Assembly (NCBI GenBank): GCA_964016885.1
Contig: OZ024743.1
Span: forward strand, 31,992,001 to 32,056,000
Direction: 5' to 3'
From: Eledone cirrhosa
Taxonomy: Eukaryota
DNA length: 64,000 bases
Under the pieces are notes generated by a model that worked only from the letters and a program-made list of their open reading frames with translations, was not told the origin of the DNA and ran no database searches. Position 1 is the first letter of the stretch. The number at the start of each line of letters is the position of its first letter. A program made the translations under genes and the position numbers. Below are positions 1 to 12,779 of the stretch, piece by piece.

Positions 1-2137
1 GGGCAAGCATCAACATTGCCCCCTCCTCAAAAAGTCAAGATCCACAAAGACGAAATTGCGGTAGAATTTATAATTAAAAAAAAAACAAAAAGTGGTTACA
101 ACTTGATTTTTCGGGCTTTTAATGAGGCAAACTGGTTGATAATTTCCTCGAAATCAGTTCGTTCAAACTCTTCGATTTCTACACTTAAAGGGGTGAGGTC
201 AGTCAGCCGTTGTTGGCCCATTGAGGTTCGCAAATACGAATGTATTAGCTTCAGCTTGCTGAACGACCTCTCGGAACTGGCAATTGAAATAGAAATCGTC
301 AACATTATTTGAATGCTGATTCACAAATTGGGAAAAACACATTCATCGCCGTATTGTATGGTGAATGGGAGAAGTGCCTCCGGCTTTAAAATTGGGTCAG
401 CTGTCCTAGTAGCCAGCAAAGATCGGCAGTCCAAGATTTCCTCATACAATTGCTCTCCGTCGATCTCGGAGTTGTATAGTTCCGCAAGACTGAGGCACCT
501 TTGTTTAAGGACAAGGTTATCAGGAGCAGCCAAATAAAACAGATAGTTGACATCAAGAAGAAAGCCAAAACTTGAGTCGGTTTCCTTAAGTCGAATAAAC
601 CGTTCTTTTATTTCTGTTTGAAGACGATTGAGTGAACTTTGCATTGCTCTCTCTATCTCTTTTCTGGCAGCCACCTCGACGTCCTCAGTTACTTCGGAAT
701 TGGTTTGTCGTCTTCCTCGCCTCCTCGGAAAATCGACATTCCATTTCTGGCATAAGCCCATTTCAAGAGACTCGTGGATTAAGGATGTTCCTTCTTCTTT
801 AAAATAAAGTTGAAAATTCATTCTTGGATCTTGAAGTCTCTTTTGAACCCGGTCAATTCGTGAGAGAATCGTGTTCCAGAATCCAATCAAGTTCAGGAAT
901 TCATAACTCAGTATCCGATTATGGAGATTACTGGCATCACTTCTACTCTCGCATGTCTCTGTTTCATCATCACTAATTTTTTCGAGAACTTGAACAATCA
1001 GCGTCAAATAATTCGCCACCGGTCTGACTGCGGTACATCTAGCACTCTACCGCGTGTCGGAAGGATATTTAACAACCACTGGAGCAACTTATTTAAGGGC
1101 TTCCCATCGTCGTGTTGAACGAGAAAAAAAGTTGTATAACGAGTCAATGCAACGGAAAAAGTTCATCATAGCAGAATCGTTTTTGGCTGCATAAAGACCA
1201 GCCAGATTAAGTGAATGGTTATCGCAATTAACGAAGTGAATCAAATTATTCTTCTCTCTGTGGTGCCCAACCATTATGGCAGCATTGTCATAGCACTGCG
1301 ATCGTTCTGCAGTGGTAGGTCATCTTTTTCTAGCTCTTTCACGATTGTTTCAACAAGGCTTGCGGCATCTTTTTTGATTACTTGAATGAATCCAAGAAAA
1401 GATTCCCTCACAATGACCGTCTTCATATTGAAATCAACATCGACATATCGCACAACTTTTGACAGTTGTTCTCGGTACGCCTGGTCAGGGGTCGAATCAA
1501 TCAGCAGACCATAGTATATTGCTTTTTGGATACGATTTAGTAAATTCTGACGAACTGTATTATAGAAGAAAACATTGAACAATTTAAACTGGAGTCAAAT
1601 TGAATTCCTAATAGAAGCTATCCGATCCTATCTGGCCATTTGGATTATGATACCTTTTCTATACGTCTTATGTACCAGTTGTAAAAGACAAACTACTCTG
1701 TTTTGTAAACCAGCTTCATAATTATAATTATCTCGTATTGGTCATTGCAATGCATTGCTAAAAATAGCGCCTGCGTGTCCACCAGTTGCACGTCCAAAAC
1801 TACGTCTCTTCAGTCAGTGGGGGGGGGGGGGGCGGTTTTGTGAGGTATCCACTGTTTTGCAGTGTATAGCTAAAAATAGCGCCCGCATAATTGCAACCCG
1901 CCCTGCTGTCAGTGTGGAGGGGGGAGGGGGTGAATTCAAATCAGACATCTGCTCTGTCTAGTGCACTAGACATGGCGTGGAAGTCGGCTATCAAGAAATC
2001 CTATGCTTCATTTGTGGCTTATATTTTAAAAAATGATAAAAACGACATGGATGTAAATCGATCTAAGTCGAAATTGCGCCCCCCCTAAATATGGCGCCCG
2101 TGGCATGTGCCCTGCTTGCCACACCCTAGCTACGCCA

Positions 2138-2140
<3 letters not shown>
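1..2140 (-). mobile_element. hAT-superfamily DNA transposon, decayed; other end outside window
   Basis: Terminus CAGTGGCGTAGCTAGGG (minus strand, 2124-2140) abuts (TA)n; internal transposase fragments. Confidence 0.85.
96..1582 (-). pseudogene. hAT transposase (ZMYM1/DUF4371-like), frameshifted
   Basis: Consecutive ORF pieces 1274-1582 (YGLLIDSTPD..EQLS.VVRYV), 1089-1274 (FVNCDNHSLNL), 321-1019, 96-305 (SERSFSKLKLI.SYLRTSMGQQRL dimerisation motif). Confidence 0.88.
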
Positions 2141-2174
<34 letters not shown>

Positions 2175-2415
2175 TTGCAAGGTTTTTTATATCAAATCGT
2201 GTGTCGAAACACATATTGTTATACTTGGGGAGGGTCATATTGTTGTAATAATATTGCCAGAAATAATAACGGAACACACTCACTGTTTCGTTGGTTTTCG
2301 CTTCTGTATCTTTTATATCTCCATAATTAATTCATTTGGCCATCAATGTTTATCACTGACTGACCAACGGTCAAAAATACAGATATAAATACATATATAT
2401 AGTCTAATAAAGTTC

Positions 2416-2443
2416 TTTCGTTGCACATCTGCAACATCATCAG
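2416..2443 (-). ncRNA. hammerhead core, flanking helices decayed
   Basis: Minus strand CTGATGA-t-gttgca-gatg-tgcaac-GAAA inside a TA-flanked fragment. Confidence 0.65.
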
Positions 2444-3150
2444 TGGTACTATTATGTTTCCTGCTGTTGTATAGTATGTCTACGCCATTTATATATATAT
2501 ATATATATATACGGAGAAAGAGATTGTCTTGCTTGGTTAACTATGTATTTGCACTTGGAAAATTCTTATCCAGCCTGTAAGCCTGGGAAAGAATTTTTTT
2601 CATAGAAGACCACCTGTCTCAGAAGCATACAAGTTGTCTCCTCGGAAGGAAGATGCAAAGGCCCGAAAAGCTTGACACTCCTGACGATGTAGAGGAACTG
2701 AATAAATGAAGGTCCAACGGAGATAGCGCATAGAATCACATTCAACGCATTAAAAGTTCTGTCAATCACTTGCCCTTCACTGGTGTTTTATTTAACGACT
2801 TGGAAAATATGAACGGTAAAGTTTAATAGCGGGATTTGAACTCAGAGCATAAAGAACGAGAACAAATTCCACGTAGCATTTTTATTAGACACTTTATCGA
2901 CTCTTTGAGGGGAAATGTATTAATTGCATAGACCTCCATCAATCAAAGTAAAAACATATCTCTACAAGTACATGCCGAATAATATAGAACTTTATATAAT
3001 TTCATTCAGGCTTTATATTATACATGACATCGTTGAACAAACAATTTTTTCTTCGTGGAATTAAAAATAAAAGATTTTCGGAGAACAATAGTTTTTTATG
3101 TATTTAAGTTCGTAATCTTTTGAACAAGATTTTCTGTGATTTTCTCAGAA

Positions 3151-3451
<301 letters not shown>

Positions 3452-3984
3452 AAACATCTATAACTAGTAACATAACCGATTAGTGTCTTTCCATTCCAAC
3501 TCTTAAGTACGAAACTGACAAGTGAGTTCATGAAGAACAAGTGCTAGATAAGTTTGGCTGATATTTGGTGTAGTATTTATGTAAGTAGACATCTTCAGTC
3601 CAGGACAAGCATAACATTCTTTGGAACTGCGCAGAATTTTGATTAACGGAAACATAAATATGTTTATACATATATAGACGTTAGATCGACCAGGGTTATA
3701 GAAGTAAAATCCTTTACTTCCTTCCGTGCCTGAGCACCCATAAAGATAGTATCTGTAGATTGGAGTTTACTCTCAATCACCATATTCAAATATCCAGATA
3801 AAAATATGTATGTATACGTTGTATACATTGTATGTGTATATTTATATATATGACTGGGGTTGTTTATTAAATCATATACGAAATGTTCATATATATAAAC
3901 ATATAAATGCTTCGCTATAAAATTTCATAAGAGGTGATTAATCACTCCTCATCTTTAGCAACCGAACAAGCAAGAGCATTCTAA

Positions 3985-4021
3985 CTACGAGTTTCTGGTT
4001 CCATAGCCGTCATCAGAATAG
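3985..4021 (-). ncRNA. degenerate minimal hammerhead motif
   Basis: ctatt-CTGATGA-cggctatggaacca-GAAA-ctc-GTA-gttag on minus strand; helices imperfect. Confidence 0.45.
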
Positions 4022-4158
4022 CTTATTCCTTCTTGGATACTAAGACAAAAATAAGCTGAAAGCTTATAGGTTATATAGATTTTTTGTTTATGAACATCGA
4101 CTTACGAAGCTCATTTGCATACAGAGCTAAAGGTGCTGAGGGCTAATAATCAATTATT

Positions 4159-4280
<122 letters not shown>

Positions 4281-4289
4281 TATACTCAT

Positions 4290-4580
4290 ATAGACGCCTG
4301 CCATCACCCACTTTTCTAAAAAACAAATCATACTCAAAACGCCAGCACCAACAGTTTTGCAAGAGATGTCAACATGAATGGACCTGTTATTTTTATCTAA
4401 AGACATGTTTTCCAATTCCAACCCGCCCGTCCCCTCAATCTATTTTATTTCTCATTCTTTCTTCTGGTGAAGGACTAGCGTCCGAAATGTTAAGACCCTC
4501 TTCCTGCTATATCAAGCGTTAACCTAATATATACCTTCCATATACTGTACCGATTTTGTTGTTATTTCTGTTTAGCTTTT
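4290..4580 (+). mobile_element. PLE 3-prime end fragment with decayed minimal HHR (4461-4494)
   Basis: ctt-CTGGTGA-a-ggac-tagc-gtcc-GAAA-t-GTT-aag; TA-flanked. Confidence 0.6.
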
Positions 4581-5121
4581 ACATACATATATATATGTAT
4601 ATATATATATATGTGTGTGTGTGTATATATATTTCTATGTTGTTGCTCGTTTCAGTCATTAGTTTCAGTCATGTATATCACATATATATGTATGTGTGTG
4701 TCTGTGTGTCTATGTTTCTCTGTGTTTGTGTATGAGAGAGAAAGTGATCAAGTGGGCATCTCCATAAACGTGTTACTTGCCAAAAGATCTATATGAGCTA
4801 TTATTTTTTTTTTTCCTTTATTCCCGACAGAATAAACGTCACTGAAGTTGGATGAAATCATGAAATAGTAGTATTTGATTTTCTCACACAGTTACTCACG
4901 TAGCTGTGATATGATGACAGTTTAAAATGCCCACAGAGATATATGTATGTTTAATGTACATATTGTATATATTTTCATATACGCCCCTCGTGTGTTACTG
5001 CTACTGTTAACATATGTGTATATTGGAAGACGTATATGTAATACATACAAACACAGAGACACGCATACACACACACGCGCGCACACATACACATACACAC
5101 ACGCACACATATATATATATA

Positions 5122-5276
5122 TAACGAAGGAAGTGTGGTAAGGAACGAGATGGACTCAATACTTAGGGTAGTAGAGTGGGTAATAGAAAAATGTTTAACC
5201 CCAACGGCAGAGCTCAAGCCGTTTCGACGGCTATTTCTGGAGTCCAGAAATAGCCGTCGAAACGGCTTGAGCTCTG
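5122..5276. mobile_element. mini fold-back with 3-prime half of an HHR (family of 60921-62905)
   Basis: 34-bp perfect arms 5208-5241/5243-5276; homologous to 23136-23355 and 62765-62905. Confidence 0.8.
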
Positions 5277-5291
5277 TGTGTTTGTGTGTGT

Positions 5292-5327
<36 letters not shown>

Positions 5328-5331
<4 letters not shown>

Positions 5332-5705
5332 GTGTGTATGTGTATGTGTGTGCATGTATATATATATATATGTAGGTATGTATATATGTGTTGATATGTG
5401 TTTGTATGTAGTATATATGGACTGTAGATATATTTACATATAGAGAAGTGAATATGCGAGTCAGCATGTCACCCCCCACACTTCCTCTCCCAAGACCAAT
5501 ATCAACAACACAGTTCCCAAACTGTCCTTTTCTCTTTTTCCTGTCATCCCATTCTTATCAAGAGACATGTATCTTACACCTCATTAAAACCCAGACAGCA
5601 CCTAAATTCATCTTTCATACAGAAATTTGTAGAAGATATTCTTTATGGATTTGGGAGAGTTGATTCAGCTATGCCATTATATATTCATCAAAGGTCAGCA
5701 AATGA
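5328..5705 (+). repeat. local duplication source (copy at about 8634-9014)
   Basis: Near-identical sequence at both positions. Confidence 0.9.
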
Positions 5706-5796
5706 AATAAAACCAGCAGGAGAGTATGTTTACAACCTCAGCCTCAAACACCCTTATCTTACAACCACACCATTTTCTGAGTGTGTATATATATAT

Positions 5797-5842
<46 letters not shown>

Positions 5843-6148
5843 ACTTTAATTTCTCCGGACCTTCATCATTATCAACACTCATTAACACCACACCCCACAC
5901 CCTAAACACATCCAAATCTCTCTTATATATTGTCACACATTTCAACACAACCTGATCTCAGTTTGACAATCGCCACAGACAGACGAATGTGAGAAAGTTC
6001 TCCAACCCAAGTTAACCAGGAATCTCTAAAATTCTTCCCACCGAAGTTAACAAAGAACTTACTGGATCTACCAACTCATAATATTATATTATAACATTAA
6101 ATCATAAATTTTTAACACTACAAGGGAAGTCATTCTTTTCCTTTTTTT

Positions 6149-6184
<36 letters not shown>

Positions 6185-6224
6185 CGTGTGTGTGTAGTAA
6201 AAATTTAATAAACTGGGACTAAGG

Positions 6225-6420
6225 AATAATATCGCACGTCAGGCCTCGACTATTGGTGTCGACTAGAAAAACTCAAAATGTATTCTCTCCAACGTCGATT
6301 TGAGCGTTACATCATCTGCATGTTGTGGAAAGTATTCCATCAGCATTGCCCAAATGCTGTTGGTATCACCTTTAATGTACACCCAAAGTTTGGGCCCCGT
6401 GCTATACGCCCACAACTAAA
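6225..6420 (+). mobile_element. CR1-like LINE ORF2 C-terminal fragment
   Basis: DYWCRLEKLKMYSLQRRFERYIIC..., same family as 30755-31156. Confidence 0.8.
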
Positions 6421-6434
6421 AAAATCAACAAAAC

Positions 6435-6512
6435 AGCTCCGGTCATTTCGACAGCTAGATCCGGACCTAGCAGTCGAGTCAACCGGAGCTCAGCCGTCGG
6501 GGCTCTGAATCT

Positions 6513-6517
<5 letters not shown>
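6435..6517. mobile_element. mini fold-back, half-HHR family (second copy 9068-9149)
   Basis: In the cleaner 9068 copy: agctccggttgtttcgacagcta / tagctgtcGAAAcgaccggagct then cagccGTCgggg. Confidence 0.7.
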
Positions 6518-6557
<40 letters not shown>

Positions 6558-6558
<1 letters not shown>

Positions 6559-7830
6559 GGATTAACAAATAATAGTTAAATGCAGTCCACTTAGGTGAAG
6601 TCCAGTTATGGTATTCCAGGTAGTGGATGATATTAACGCTTGGCTTGGTTTGACTCAACAAGGCGTTTTCATAGTGATGCTGCAGGTATGCTGTAATTCC
6701 TATGTTGTAAACACTTGGAGTAATAATAAATCAGGAAAGAAGGTTTACATGGTTTGCTATACAAAAAAGTTTTTAATCACATAGCTTACATTTGTTTCAC
6801 TGAACTGGTATGTCTAGAGATCGCTATCCGCCTAATTTTGCGTCACTCGATCGCCAATACAGAATTATAACCAGTCAGATCTTCGGAGCATGCGAGAATG
6901 AAGAAAATACACAGGCAAGAAAAGAAAAGAAAATACAGGCTACTATCTTAAGTAGTAATGGCATTCAATTAGAACAATAACAACAATTACAACAATGCTA
7001 TCAATAAATTATTTAAGGAGACCCTGACATTACTTAGGTGGGGGGTATATAATGTATCTAATGTTACGGCGTGAAAACTAGCTGTCATAAGGCAAAATGA
7101 AGCGTTGACATGTACAGAGTATCGTAGTGTATATCAATTTAAATTATAAAGATAAGCTAGTTTTTACAGTCTTTCTCTTCATCTTCAACAGTATACATGA
7201 GTGGGACCACTGTCAAAGCTAAATAGTTGTAGAGTTAATACAGAGGTTAACGAATTAATATACGCATATATCTACGCACACACACACACACATACACACA
7301 CACACACATATATATAAATATATATACACATATATACACATGCATGTGTACATAGACACATACATACACATCAATATACACTCGTACAAAAATATACATA
7401 CATGCAAAGAGAAAAGCGTGCTAATTGTAATTAAGGCAAAAAGAAGGTAAAGTAACATTGTAGTAGTGAAATGAGAAAAACTAGGATTTAGGATCAAATG
7501 ATGGCAGCAGCTGAGAAGGAGTAAGATTGTTGGTAGATGAGGTACTTACAGACAATTGTGTGGTATAGACTTGTGAAGGATATAGTATACTTAATGAATA
7601 TATTTCTGTGGGTAGTATGTATCCTAATTTTCTTTTCTTGCCTGTGTATTTTCTTCATTCTTGCATGCTCCGAAGATCTGACTGGTTATAATTCTGTATT
7701 GGCGATCGAGTAACGCAAAATTAAGCGGATAGCGATCTCTAGACATACCAGTTCAGTGAAACAAATGTAAGCTATGTGATTAAAAACTTTTTTGTATAGC
7801 AAACCATGTAAACCTTCTTTCCTGATTTAT

Positions 7831-7832
<2 letters not shown>
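6558..7832. mobile_element. PLE-type fold-back insertion in (TA)n
   Basis: About 205-bp inverted arms 6724-6928/7628-7832, each with an HHR-like motif. Confidence 0.85.
7664..7776 (+). ncRNA. HHR variant, CCGAAGA core, 81-nt helix II
   Basis: gct-CCGAAGA(7670)-tctgactggt...accagttcagt-GAAA(7758)-caaat-GTA-agc. Confidence 0.6.
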
Positions 7833-7876
<44 letters not shown>

Positions 7877-7877
7877 A

Positions 7878-7927
<50 letters not shown>

Positions 7928-8478
7928 TATTGCTATTTCCATAGATTTTGTCAGTTATTCCATGCAGTATATGAAATGCTTCAACTGTTTATATTGTTCT
8001 TCTCTTTAAGCCGTTTTTGTAATTACTTTAATTCGATTTATATATTAATTTACAACGGACATTGTTGACATTTTAATATTTCCGCTATTATAGGCCTTCA
8101 TATACTATGCATGGTACTTCGTTCCTCTGCATTACGTAATCTTTTTCTCCATTTGTTCCTATAACTATCAAAATTTAAACATTTTTAGGTAGAGAAGAAA
8201 TGTGGAAAAAACAACCTACCCTTCAAGTTAACAGTAAAACAAATAAGTTAAATGTCAAGAGAAATTTACATTCATGTTAAATTTTATCAAACGAAAGTGA
8301 ATCGTTATCTGCAGAAGTTAAGAAATTATAATAAAGATATATAAATGGACAACTATAGTTTAAATGGCTCCTTCATATTGAAAAATTTAGACTACGCCAT
8401 TACAATAACAATTGTAAGAAAATAAACGTATAAAATGAAGCAGAAAGGTATATATCGCTGTGACGTGAGTGTATATAT

Positions 8479-8554
8479 CCCACTCTCAAGAGCGTGAAAC
8501 TAATAAACCTTTGTTCGTACTGCCTCTCTGTTTTGTTCCCGTTCCATTTTTCAC

Positions 8555-8556
<2 letters not shown>
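8479..8556 (+). repeat. solo copy of the 3-prime terminus of the PLE at 9150-11935
   Basis: Matches 11859-11936 with about 2 mismatches. Confidence 0.9.
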
Positions 8557-8637
<81 letters not shown>

Positions 8638-9269
8638 GTGTGTATGTGTATATATGTGTGTGTATATATATATATAGGTATGTATATATGTGTTGATATG
8701 TGTTTGTATGTATGATATGGACTGTAGATATATTTACATATAGAGAAGTGAATATGTGAGTCAGGATGTGCCCCCCGCCCCCACACTTCCTCTCCCAGAC
8801 CAATATCAACAACACATAGTTCCCAAACTGTCCTTCTTTTCTTTTTTTCCTGTCATCCCATTCTTATCAAGAGACATGTATCTTACACCTCATTAAAACC
8901 CAGACAGCACCTAAATTCATCTTTCATATAGAAATTTGTAGAAGATATTCTTTATGGATTTGGGACAGTTGATTCAGCTAGGCCATTATATATTCATCAA
9001 AGGTCAGCTAATGACCCCAAGTTTTGGCCCCGTGCTATACGCCCACAACTAAAAAAATCAACAAAACAGCTCCGGTTGTTTCGACAGCTATATCCGGACC
9101 TAGCTGTCGAAACGACCGGAGCTCAGCCGTCGGGGCTCTGAAGCTTTTCCTCAGGCAGCTCCGTAACCCCTCTTCTACCGCCCTCTACCCTCCGATCCCA
9201 CACCCCTCTACCAACAACAAGTTTCCTCCACCATCCAACACCTTGCCCCCCCCTCCCACCGCTTCCCAC

Positions 9270-10853
9270 CTCATCGTCCGCACCCCCCGCACCCCCACCA
9301 TCTACTTCCTCCCCAAACTCCACAAACCCGACAACCCCGGCCGCCCCATCGTCTCCGCTTGCAACTGCCCCACCGAACTCATCTCCGCCTTTCTCGACTC
9401 CATCCTCGTCCCCCTTGTCACCACCCTCCCCTCCCACATCTCCGACACCAACCACGCCCTGCGCCTTTTCGACTCCTTCACCTACCCACCCGGCCCACAG
9501 CCCTCCCTCTTCACCCTAGACTTCAAGTCCCTCTATACCGTCATCCCCCACGCCGACGGCCTACGCGCCCTCAAACACTACCTCGACCTTCGTCCCTCCC
9601 ACACCCTCCTTCGCCTCGCAGAGCTGGTCCTCACCCTCAACTGTTTCTCCTTCTCGGGTGAGTTTTACCAACAGGTCACGGGGATAGCCATGGGTACAAG
9701 AATGGGCCCAAACTATGCCAACCTTTTTGTTGGCCATGTTGAGGCCCAAATCGTTGCCCAGTACACCGGCCCCACGCCCGAACTGTACGGTCGTTACATC
9801 GACGGCTGTATCGGAGCGACGACACTCACCCGAGAACAGCTCGACTCCTTTCTCTCCTTCTTCTGCTCCTTCCACCCCTCCCTCCACTTCACCACCTCTA
9901 TCTCCACCACCCACGTCCACTTCTTAGACATCTCCGTCACCTTCGACCCCTCCCACCACTCCCTCGTCACCTCCGCCTTCTTCAAACCCACCGACTCCCA
10001 CTCCTACCTCGATTTCACCTCTTCCCACCCCACACATACTAAACACTCTATTCCCTACTCCCAACTCCTCAGGATCCGCCGCCTCTGTAGCCGAGATGCT
10101 GACTTTGAGTCCCAGGCCCTTTCCCTAGTCAGCCATTTCATCCGCAGTGGTTACCCCCTCCCCCCTCTCTCTCGTTCACCCGCGCCCGTGCTGTCCACCG
10201 CTCTACCACCCTCACCCCACGCCACCGCACACCCATCGTCTCCCCTTCCCCATCACTACCACCCCTCCACCATACCCCTCCACCGCACCATCCTCCGCCT
10301 CTTCCGACGCTTCCAATCCGACCCCTCCACCTACCACATCTTCCCAGCCCCACCACTCCCCTCCTTCAAACGCGCACGCAATCTCCGCACCCTCCTCGAA
10401 CACAGCTCCCTACCCCCAACCCACGCTCTCTTACCCCCGGTTCCTTTCCCTGTTCTAGGCCCCGCTGCAACACCTGTCCCCACATCACCAACACCACCAC
10501 CTTCCAGAGTCCCAACGGCCACTCTCTCTCTGTCCGGCACGCCTTCCGCTGCACCTACTCCAACCTAGTCTACTGATTTCGCTGCACGTAGTGCAGCGCG
10601 ACTTACGTCGGACAGACTGGACGTCGCCTGGCGGACAGATTTATGAGCACCTCCGGGATATTCGTCTCGGTGGTAGTTCCCCCATCGCCCGCCACTTTGG
10701 TGCCCCTGGACATTCCGCACACCACCTCACAGTCTGTGGCCTACTCCAATGCCACGGAACACCCGCCAATCTCCTAAGGGTCGAACAACGAACCATCTTC
10801 ACTCTACAGACCCACACTCCCCCCGGCCTGAACTCCCCACCCTTATTCCTTTA
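9270..10853 (+). pseudogene. PLE reverse transcriptase plus GIY-YIG endonuclease, disrupted
   Basis: YFLPKLHKP..GRPIVS, LDFKSLYTVIP, GIAMGT, RYIDG (second catalytic D lost), KPTD.HSYL; after frameshifts CSRPRCNTC, NLVY, YVGQT, EHLRDI with stops. Confidence 0.9.
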
Positions 10854-11812
10854 GCCTTCGACCCCCCCCCCCCTCCCCCCACACATATCCCTCACTAACA
10901 CCAGTAACACACCCCTCCTTTTCACCGCCCACCCACAACTAACAATACTAACACCTCCAGCCCACATCCGACCACCATTCCCCAACTAACATACTAACAT
11001 CCCTCCCTTCTGCTCCCCCCTCCTCATCACACGCAAACACCCACCGGTACATATATACACGCGCTCACACTAAACACACACCCTACTACCACCACTAACC
11101 CTCACCCCCACACATCCACCCCACCACCCCGCAACTAACATCACTAACACCCCCTGACCCCAAGCACACGAACACACATCTCCCCTCTTCTGACCAATCT
11201 CTTCACGGATTACACATATGTGAACCTTGATCCCGAGAATCTACCGCATCCCAAGGAATTTACTCAGCATTCCACCACATCTTTTTACGGAATTACCTTT
11301 ACGACTCACCCCAGACATACACCCAAAAAATTCTTTTTCCCACACGCCACCTACATCCACAACACGCATAAACACCACACACACACGTGCGTACCACCAC
11401 ATATTTACACATTCAGCCTCCGGAATCCTCTCCCCCACCCTTCTATCCACACACGCACACACACTCCGACCTACACTCCACCCCACACACACCTCTTCCT
11501 GAACATGCAACCCCGTTCTTCTCCCAACCCTTGCTTTCACATACACACACACACACACACGTACACCTACACACACACACCACCTTCAGCCCTCCCCGCT
11601 CGGAGCCCCCGTCTCCCTCTCCCCCACTCCACCCGCCACCACTCCTACACGCCCTACACCCCTCTACCACCTGTTTTACCCCATTTTAATTTTATTTTGA
11701 TCATGCCTTTATTTTTAATTTCATTTGCACCGTTACATCTCACCGCATTTTTGCTATATGTCTCTCCACCACTCCCCTACACACCCTTTGAACTCTCTTC
11801 CCACACACTTTT

Positions 11813-11846
11813 CACCTGAAGAAGGGCTTATGCCCGAAACGTTGTT
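11813..11846 (+). ncRNA. minimal type I hammerhead ribozyme motif
   Basis: ac-CTGAAGA(11816)-a-gggc-ttat-gccc-GAAA-c-GTT-gt; palindromic AACGTT helix III. Confidence 0.85.
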
Positions 11847-12036
11847 CCCCACCACCACCCCACTCTCAAGAGCGTGAAACTAATAAACCTTTGTTCGTAC
11901 TGTCTCTCTGTTTTGTTACCGTTCCATTTTTCACTATATATATATATATATAAACACACACATACACACACAAATATACACATTCACACACACATATATA
12001 TATATATACATACGCACACATATGCATACACACACG

Positions 12037-12076
<40 letters not shown>

Positions 12077-12779
12077 GTACGTTTGTGTGTCCGTCAGTAT
12101 TTGTGTTGTGTTTGTCCTGTAGAGAATTTATATTGTTAAATTAAGTTAGATAATTGGCAAAATCAAATATATCGGCATGGGTTCGTATCATTAGCATGTG
12201 GAAAGATGAAGTTTTCCTTTGCGGAGATTACGTTCCTAGAGCACCCGGGAAGAATAAAAAACCGTGAATATTGGACGGCATCCATAAAAATTCCTATAAA
12301 CGTCAAAATATAACGTAAAACATAATTTAAAAAATAGGGAGCGTTTCATACAAAGGGGCGATCAATTGCTCGCCAAATACGGTATATTTGTATTAATAAT
12401 TTAGCATTGAAGTTGAAACCCAATGTTGTGGGCCGACCATATGAAAGACACAGATTAAACAATGTTTGCCTATTCTAATAAAGACTTTTTCTAAAATATG
12501 TAAATACGCATCATTCGTGATGACCTCGATATGCTCAATCATCTACCAGATAGAGTGCATCAAGTCGCAACAATTAATGTTTCACCCGGTGTGATTAGTT
12601 TATACCCTAACACACCCACAGAATTATGTCCTAGAAACTATTCAATATTGGCTCAAACGTACCGATTTGAATTCCGTGCCAGAATAAAAAAACTTCGCCA
12701 TCGCAGATCCCAGATGTTTATTTTCGATGCACTTACACACTGTCAGACATCAGAACAGCTATGGGTAATAAAGTAGCAC

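Larger units (their letters stand above)
9150..11935 (+). mobile_element. Penelope-like retroelement (Neptune-type Cys linker), 5-prime truncated
   Basis: RT plus GIY-YIG remnants, long C-rich 3-prime UTR, terminal HHR, ends in (TA)n. Confidence 0.92.

Noticed and set aside
9123-10554. G/V-rich antisense ORFs
   Set aside because: Shadows of the C-rich PLE RT frame
10560-10600. In-frame TGA at a likely Cys position of the PLE endonuclease (selenocysteine recoding)
   Set aside because: Adjacent TAG, frameshifts and a mutated catalytic Asp indicate ordinary decay; no SECIS recognised
11220-11819. 199-aa His/Thr/Pro-rich ORF
   Set aside because: Low-complexity PLE 3-prime UTR
12330-12390. Possible TACCGTATTT-type DNA transposon end
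   Set aside because: No matching second end or transposase seen
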